NCBI GenBank assembly: GCA_964490845.1
Contig: CAZBED010000005.1
Span: 24,168-88,167 of the forward strand
DNA: 64,000 bases
Direction of reading: 5' to 3'
DNA from: an uncultured Chitinophagales bacterium
Lineage (GTDB): Bacteria > Bacteroidota > Bacteroidia > Chitinophagales > JADIYW01
Part shown: positions 58,492-64,000 of the stretch, piece after piece
How positions within the stretch are numbered: position 1 is the stretch's first letter
How the letters are laid out: each line of letters begins with the position of its first letter
Made by a program: the position numbers and the translations under genes
The notes under the pieces: model-generated
What the model saw: the letters and a program-made list of their open reading frames with translations, nothing else
What the model was told of the DNA's origin: nothing
The model's database searches: none

Positions 58492-58896
58492 TTATATATT
58501 TTTTCCATTATTTGCCTCGGCTTCTCTGTTTTTATATTTAGATGGGCATTTCAGCAGAATTTCATTCGCCTCAAAAACATCTCCTTTCATTTTTCCGGTT
58601 ATCACTATCTTTTCTGACCGTTCAATGTCTCTGGGTTTGGCTTTTAAGACAATCACTTTTTTCTCTACTTTTTTTTCATCAATGACATACATGGAAAATT
58701 TATTCGGATCTTCAGTCGGATTGTATTCAATGGCTTTTTCCTTATTGAGATATCCGACTACCGTAAATTCTTTCCCTTTCTTTGCGTATGAAGATTCAAA
58801 ACTATCATAACGGCTAAACCCTTTACCCAGCATGACGGTCAGAGAAGCCACCAAAACGGCAATAAAAAGCAGGGCAATAATATGTGTACGTTTCAT
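58492..58896 (-). CDS. ccmE: cytochrome c maturation heme chaperone CcmE, CxxxY variant
   Basis: N-terminal membrane anchor and an OB-fold-sized body. The C-terminal VFEANEILLKCPSKY aligns with the E. coli region V..AKEVLAKHDENY, with Cys117 (58546-58548) in place of the heme-binding His. Confidence 0.75.
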   Translation of the reverse strand: MKRTHIIALLFIAVLVASLTVMLGKGFSRYDSFESSYAKKGKEFTVVGYLNKEKAIEYNPTEDPNKFSMYVIDEKKVEKKVIVLKAKPRDIERSEKIVITGKMKGDVFEANEILLKCPSKYKNREAEANNGKNI

Positions 58897-58992
58897 AAAA
58901 CTCAGTTCTGATTAAAATGCATTCAAAAATACGCCACTTTCAGCTATTTTAGACATTTTGAAGGTTATATAATTTTAAACCTGCACAAATAT

Positions 58993-59029
58993 AAAAACCT
59001 GACTGTATCAAAATGCAGTCAGGTTTTTT
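58993..59029 (-). terminator. bidirectional rho-independent terminator downstream of folE
   Basis: Perfect 9-bp stem ACCTGACTG / CAGTCAGGT (58997-59005 / 59016-59024). It is flanked by A5 on one side and T6 on the other. Confidence 0.55.
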
Positions 59030-59065
59030 AGGATATTCAATTTGTTCTTAAGTTATTGATATTCT

Positions 59066-59665
59066 TTAAGATAATTTTGCACTGATTAATTTAACAAATT
59101 CAGAGCGGGTAGCCTGCTTTTCAAATTCGCCGGTAAATGCAGAAGTTGTAGTGGTGGAGTTTTGTTTTTGTACTCCGCGCATCATCATACACATGTGTTT
59201 GGCCTCTATGACCACGGCCACACCCAATGGATTTAGAGCATCCTGAATGCAATCCCTGATTTGTGTGGTCAGTCGTTCCTGTACCTGTAAGCGGCGTGCA
59301 TAGGCATCCACTACCCGTGCAATTTTGCTGAGGCCGGTAATCGTACCGTTCGGAATATAAGCCACATGTGCTTTACCGAAAAACGGAAGCATGTGATGTT
59401 CGCACATAGAGTACAGCTCAATATCTTTTACAATAACCATCTCTTTCTGATCTTCATGAAAAAGAGCAGATTGCAGGATAGATTTCGGGTCAATGGTATA
59501 TCCATGCGTAATGTATTGCATCGCTTTCCCAACCCTGTGTGGCGTTTTTAATAACCCTTCACGGGTAGGATCCTCTCCTATCAATTTCAGGATTTCTGTG
59601 TAATGCTGCTCTAATGTTGGATTGGGGGTAATGACCATTCCGTTGTTTAATACCATATCGTCCAT
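59066..59665 (-). CDS. folE: GTP cyclohydrolase I
   Basis: [32 protein letters not shown] and QVQERLT are signature FolE sequences. Confidence 0.95.
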   Translation of the reverse strand: MDDMVLNNGMVITPNPTLEQHYTEILKLIGEDPTREGLLKTPHRVGKAMQYITHGYTIDPKSILQSALFHEDQKEMVIVKDIELYSMCEHHMLPFFGKAHVAYIPNGTITGLSKIARVVDAYARRLQVQERLTTQIRDCIQDALNPLGVAVVIEAKHMCMMMRGVQKQNSTTTTSAFTGEFEKQATRSEFVKLISAKLS

Positions 59666-59733
59666 GTTTTAAAGATACAAAAACAATAAAACATGTAAAA
59701 ATGAATTTTGTTTTACAATCGGCCAAATATAAA

Positions 59734-59777
59734 ATCCCGCAGATATACGAATAAAAATGTACGTATTTCTGCGGGAT
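59734..59777 (-). terminator. rho-independent terminator downstream of ssb
   Basis: Perfect 10-bp stem ATCCCGCAGA / TCTGCGGGAT (59734-59743 / 59768-59777). On the minus strand TTTTATATTT follows. Confidence 0.6.
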
Positions 59778-59791
59778 AAATGAAAAGAAAC

Positions 59792-60130
59792 TTAGTTTTT
59801 CTTGCTCAACAAAAGGAAGTCGCTGGCTACTATCTCTGTGAGGTAGCGTTTGTTGCCGTTCTTATCATCGTACTGGCGATACGTGATTTTCCCGTTTATG
59901 GCAATTTCACTTCCTTTGTCCAGATACTTTTCGACCGTTTCCGCCTGCTTGCCCCATACCACGACGTTATGCCATTGAGTTTGCTGCTGACGCTCGCCTT
60001 TATTGTCATAATAATAGTCGGACGTAGCGATGCTGAAGGTGGCCATTTTTTTGTCTTGTCCAAAAGTTTTGATTTCCGGTTTTTTTCCCAAGTTTCCGAT
60101 TAACTGTACTTGATTTCTGATTGCTGACAT
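59792..60130 (-). CDS. ssb: single-stranded DNA-binding protein (short form, no acidic C-terminal tail)
   Basis: OB-fold SSB pattern NQVQLIGNLGKKPE...TQWHNVVVWGKQAE. 112 aa, ending LLLSKKN. Confidence 0.88.
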   Translation of the reverse strand: MSAIRNQVQLIGNLGKKPEIKTFGQDKKMATFSIATSDYYYDNKGERQQQTQWHNVVVWGKQAETVEKYLDKGSEIAINGKITYRQYDDKNGNKRYLTEIVASDFLLLSKKN

Positions 60131-60315
60131 GTTGTTTAATTTTAATTACGTTAAAAAATCAATTTATACTCAAGCATTGACAAGGTTGTTTTCGCGATTA
60201 AGTACATTCTACTTGTTTGCTGCTTTCACCCATTGAGAGACAAACAGTCCACGGATTCCATAAATTTTTGGAAATATTTTTTTGAAAAAATTACAAGTAT
60301 TTAAAAATCAATAGA

Positions 60316-61053
60316 TTAGGGAAGAATTTTTTTTATCATTTTTTGGTACAGTTCCGTTTCATGTACATTAAAATGATCTGCATCGGGTATTTCTATAAAG
60401 TAGTTTCCTGCTTTTAAGAGCGGAATCAACCGTTTGGATAATGCAATGGGAATGAGTTTATCCTTAGTGCCATGGAAAATATACGTCTCGCAGGTAACTT
60501 CTTTCAAATACCGGTCATTTTCCAGTTTAAATTTCAGTCGTTTGAAAGGGAATAATTTCACTTTATGCCGGAATAAATCCGGCATATTGTAATAAGGAGA
60601 AATCAGGATAAGCTTTTCCGGGCGGATTTTAACTGCTAGATTGCTGGCTAATGCCGTACCAAGAGAACGGCCTACAAGTACAACCTTGCCACTGTAGTTT
60701 AATGCTTCCAGCGACTTACGATAAGTCGTCTCTACCACCCGATACAGTAAATCTTCAGTCAGCCGTCCTTTACTTTTTCCATATGACGGATAGTCCATAA
60801 TGACGACATCATATTGCTGCTGAATAAAGATATCTGCTTTAGGTAAGTGGTATTGTATATGATTTAAAGTGCCATGCAGAAAAAAAACAAGGCCTTTGCT
60901 TTCAGATGCCTTCAGATGGACAGCATTAATACGGTACTTGTGTTCCTCAATAAAAAAATCAAATGTAAACTCTGTCAGCGGATGTTTCGACTGAAACTGA
61001 AATTTTGCCGGTAAACGTTTTGGCTGAAAGATAATAGTTCGAGCGAGGAGCAT
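60316..61053 (-). CDS. alpha/beta hydrolase
   Basis: HG oxyanion motif FFLHGT, nucleophile elbow VGRSLGT, and a C-terminal DADHF His motif. Confidence 0.75.
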   Translation of the reverse strand: MLLARTIIFQPKRLPAKFQFQSKHPLTEFTFDFFIEEHKYRINAVHLKASESKGLVFFLHGTLNHIQYHLPKADIFIQQQYDVVIMDYPSYGKSKGRLTEDLLYRVVETTYRKSLEALNYSGKVVLVGRSLGTALASNLAVKIRPEKLILISPYYNMPDLFRHKVKLFPFKRLKFKLENDRYLKEVTCETYIFHGTKDKLIPIALSKRLIPLLKAGNYFIEIPDADHFNVHETELYQKMIKKILP

Positions 61054-61113
61054 TTCTAAAAATAAAAAAAGGCCTGGAAAAATCCAAGCCCAAGATTCTT
61101 AGTTCAGACTTAG

Positions 61114-61731
61114 TTACTTTAATAAGTCTTCTATATACTGCATAAATTCAGGATCATTGACAGAGGTTCTCGGCGCTACGGAAGCGACGATATTTCCTTT
61201 TCTGTCAATGATGAATTTTTGGTAATTCCATTTAATCGGCGCATCCAGCACGCCATTTTCATTCTTATCGGTCAGGTATTTGTATAAAGGAGCGATGTCT
61301 TTTCCTTTCACTGATATTTTGGAAAACATGGGAAAAGTAACCCCGTAATTTTTATTACAGAAGGATTTGATTTCGGCATCGTTTAAAGGCTCCTGGCCCA
61401 TAAAATTATTTTCGGGAAAACCCAAAACAACTATGCCCTTGTCTTTGTATTTTTTATAAAAAGCCTCAAGTTCGGAAAACTGCCCCACCAATCCGCATTG
61501 GCTGGCGGTGTTTACAATCACTACTATTTTTCCTTTGTACTGAGAAAGTGAAACTTCCTTTCCATCAATATCTATCACCGTAAAATCATGAACGGTTTTA
61601 CCGGATAACGCACCTGCTACACTGGCTTCGGCTTTGGTGCTGCCGGTAGCATTACAACTAATTGTAACAGCAAGAAGCATTACAATGATAAGAGTTAATT
61701 TAGCTGATTTGTATTTCATATTCTTTAGCAT
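61114..61731 (-). CDS. glutathione peroxidase (Cys-type) with signal/lipoprotein-like N-terminus
   Basis: VNTASQCGLVGQ (Cys encoded by TGC), FPENNFMGQEP and KWNYQKF motifs. Confidence 0.9.
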   Translation of the reverse strand: MLKNMKYKSAKLTLIIVMLLAVTISCNATGSTKAEASVAGALSGKTVHDFTVIDIDGKEVSLSQYKGKIVVIVNTASQCGLVGQFSELEAFYKKYKDKGIVVLGFPENNFMGQEPLNDAEIKSFCNKNYGVTFPMFSKISVKGKDIAPLYKYLTDKNENGVLDAPIKWNYQKFIIDRKGNIVASVAPRTSVNDPEFMQYIEDLLK

Positions 61732-61985
61732 ATGTTATAAACAACAATTAAAGATGTTTCGTTCAAAAGTAGCTTATTTTTTAACAATAATCATCTTATA
61801 TAACCTTGTTTAGCATAAATACTCAAATATCATTCCAAACAGGAGATTTCTTGAAACTCCTTTAAAAAAATCACATCAACTCGTCCTATTTTTTATCGTT
61901 CGCCATCATTTTAGCATCAATATTTATTGTAATTTGTGTGAATTTTGTGCGTAGTTTATATAGATAACCTTATTATACCGGATTT

Positions 61986-62717
61986 ATGGAATACATTAGT
62001 AGTGACAAACAATATATGGAGTCGAAGAACACTGAAACCAGAAAATTCCATATCCTTATTGTAGATAAGGATAAAGCCGCCATCGAGCAGACGATTAAAT
62101 CTTTCAAAACTGATAATTTTAAATTCACTGAGGTTACCAAAACCAAAGACCTTGTCAGTGTTATAAAAAAAGAAAAACCCGACCTGGTTATACTGGAAGT
62201 TGACCTGAATGAAGCGGACGGTATAGAAATCTGCTGGGATATCCGGGCAGATGCCGCTTTAGTAAAACTGCCTGTGATGTTCTTTTCTGGCCGTGCGGAC
62301 GATTTTACACAAATCACCGCTTTTGAAGCCGGTGCAGATGAATTCATCTCCAAGGCTTCCCGCTCCAGGCTCTTTTCTCATCGGATAAAGGCATTATTGC
62401 GCCGCAGTTACGACAAAGAAGAAGCACCGAAAGAAATCAAAAAATTCGGCAACCTGGAGATTGACGAGGAGCAGGTGATGATTTATAAAAAAGGAGAGCC
62501 TCTCAAGCTTTCCAAAAAAGAATTTCAGCTGGTGGTACTCCTCACCTCCCGGCCGGGCAAAGTCTTTAAACGCAACTATATCCTCCTCAAAGTTTGGGGC
62601 GACGATATCATTGTCGGTGACCGGAATATAGATACACACATCAAAAAAATCAGGAAGAAAGTCGGCAAGCAACATATTGAAACCGTCCGTGGTATCGGCT
62701 ATAAATTCATTCCTTAA
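61986..62717 (+). CDS. response regulator transcription factor (OmpR/PhoB-type winged helix)
   Basis: Receiver domain (ILIVDKD, LEVDLNEADG, FFSGR, ISKA) plus a C-terminal wHTH (LSKKEFQLVVLL...VRGIGYKF). The start could instead be ATG 62016. No histidine kinase is adjacent. Confidence 0.85.
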   Translation: MEYISSDKQYMESKNTETRKFHILIVDKDKAAIEQTIKSFKTDNFKFTEVTKTKDLVSVIKKEKPDLVILEVDLNEADGIEICWDIRADAALVKLPVMFFSGRADDFTQITAFEAGADEFISKASRSRLFSHRIKALLRRSYDKEEAPKEIKKFGNLEIDEEQVMIYKKGEPLKLSKKEFQLVVLLTSRPGKVFKRNYILLKVWGDDIIVGDRNIDTHIKKIRKKVGKQHIETVRGIGYKFIP

Positions 62718-62929
62718 ACTTAAACTTTTCCACCTTATCTTATATTACTGATTATTCATCAGGCATTAAATCATTTAATTGCATTATATTTTTAATAAAT
62801 TGATTATCAAATATTTATAACATTGCGCTTGTTTTTTATCATAGAAATCTCAAAAGATTGATGTTAATAAAAACCAATTGCTATTCATATGCTAAAAGTT
62901 TAATTTGAATCAAATAAAATCAACTACTT

Positions 62930-63340
62930 ATGAATGCAAGAGTTTTTACAGCAGCCTTAGCAGGCGCAGTAGCCTATTTCCTTTTAGGATGGCTTTTTTA
63001 TGGTTTTTTACTTCCGGATTTCTACGCTGCCCATTCCCTGCACTATGAAGGGCTGGAAAAAATGCCGCCCAACTTCATCGGTATATTTGTGTCCGGTTTC
63101 GCCTTTACTTTATTGTTAGCTATTATTTTCAGTAATTGGGCAAATATAAATACCTATAAAAACGGGGCATTGGCAGGTGCCACTATTTCTCTGTTAGTTG
63201 CTCTGAGTTTAGATTTAGGAATGTGGGCGACCATGAATCTTTACGGCAGACAGGTGGTTATTGCCGATGTGCTGGTGAACGCCATCATGGGTGCTGTTAT
63301 CGGCGCTGTAGTTGCAGGTGTGCTGGGCTACAAGAAATAG
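62930..63340 (+). CDS. small integral membrane protein (DUF1761-like)
   Basis: 136 aa with four hydrophobic segments. The N-terminus AALAGAVAYFLLGWLFYG resembles DUF1761, by recollection. Confidence 0.5.
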   Translation: MNARVFTAALAGAVAYFLLGWLFYGFLLPDFYAAHSLHYEGLEKMPPNFIGIFVSGFAFTLLLAIIFSNWANINTYKNGALAGATISLLVALSLDLGMWATMNLYGRQVVIADVLVNAIMGAVIGAVVAGVLGYKK

Positions 63341-63366
63341 TACATTCCGCATATTATAAACGTAAT

Positions 63367-63394
63367 AAAGGCAACATCGGCGTTGCCTTTTTTC
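63367..63394 (+). terminator. rho-independent terminator
   Basis: AAAGGCAAC-atcggc-GTTGCCTTT is a perfect 9-bp stem running into TTTTTTC. Confidence 0.6.
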
Positions 63395-63521
63395 ATTATA
63401 CCCTAATAAATCTGCTACCAGAAGACAGAGCAGCGAACAAGAACCCAATCATCTGCCAACAGGTGGGCAGATACTTCCTCATTCCCACGGATTTTAGTAT
63501 GTTTGTATAAATACATCCACT

Positions 63522-64000
63522 ATGAGCCAGATAAAAAACAACCTTGTTATTATTACCGGAGCCGGATCGGGCATAGGACGCGCCCTGACACTGCAAACAG
63601 CCGCGGAAGGAGCAAAGGTAATTGCCTGTGATGTAAAAGAAAGCAGCCTCGACGAAACTATACAGCTCGCCCAGCACAAACCTGAAAAATATATACTGGA
63701 TGTAGCCAGTGCCGAACAAATAACATATTTCGCTGATGAAATACTGCGGAAATACCCGAATGAAGAGATTATACTCATCAACAATGCGGGCGTCGGACTG
63801 GCTTCAGGAACGTTTGCAGAAACCCCATTGGAGGATTTTGAATGGCTGATGAATATCAATCTCTGGGGCGTGGTGCGCATGACAAAAGCCTTCCTGCCTC
63901 ACCTGCTAAAGCAAAATAAAGGACATATCGTCAACATTTCAAGTGTGTTCGGCATTGCAGGTATGCCAACGAACTCCGCCTATTGCACGGCTAAATTCGG
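63522..64000 (+). CDS. SDR family oxidoreductase, N-terminal ~159 aa (3' end outside window); absent from the supplied ORF track
   Basis: My own translation from ATG 63522 reads MSQIKNNLVIITGAGSGIGRALTL...LINNAGVG...NISSVFGIAGMPTNSAYCTAKF. This gives TGxxxGIG, NNAG and S-YxxxK. The frame is open to the window end. Confidence 0.85.
   Translation, partial: MSQIKNNLVIITGAGSGIGRALTLQTAAEGAKVIACDVKESSLDETIQLAQHKPEKYILDVASAEQITYFADEILRKYPNEEIILINNAGVGLASGTFAETPLEDFEWLMNINLWGVVRMTKAFLPHLLKQNKGHIVNISSVFGIAGMPTNSAYCTAKF

Noticed and set aside
61114-61731. Selenocysteine in the glutathione peroxidase active site.
   Set aside because: The active-site residue in NTASQCG is encoded by TGC (Cys), not TGA. 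There is no in-frame stop in the gene.

Overview
This 64-kb chromosomal segment reads as Bacteroidota. That placement is an inference from two giant T9SS-sorted proteins (type-A and type-B C-terminal domains), exact TAnnTTTG -7 boxes, a split MnmC, and frequent ATGA/TAATG gene junctions. I recognise about 58 protein-coding genes and 2 tRNAs (His-GTG, Ala-GGC). I see no rRNA, CRISPR, transposase, integrase or phage genes. Most content is housekeeping: ahcY, pyrE, hemA plus a hemC-hemD fusion, kdsB, pntAA/AB/B, mutS2, ccmE/ccmF, folE, ssb, gpx and mnmD. Accessory-looking blocks are interspersed. Five things deserve a second look. (1) A tightly coupled + strand operon (6399-12145) encodes an AMP-forming ligase, E1alpha/E1beta/E2 of a 2-oxoacid dehydrogenase, a dedicated ACP and a PAP2 phosphatase, with no E3. 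It sits inside a 12-gene co-directional cluster with a MATE exporter. (2) A ~1986-codon T9SS type-B adhesin gene (25150-31113) carries 14 near-identical 210-bp tandem repeats and is split by one in-frame TGA at a Trp position conserved in every other repeat. (3) A 98%-identical 153-bp tandem duplication with four GCAGAGT-arm hairpins lies between ahcY and a deacetylase/formyltransferase pair. (4) CcmE has CxxxY instead of HxxxY. (5) A class I methyltransferase is an internally deleted remnant. All functional calls come from family and motif recognition by eye on the supplied translations and the DNA. No database search, HMM or folding computation was run. Several start codons were moved from the ORF-track TTG/GTG extensions to more plausible starts.
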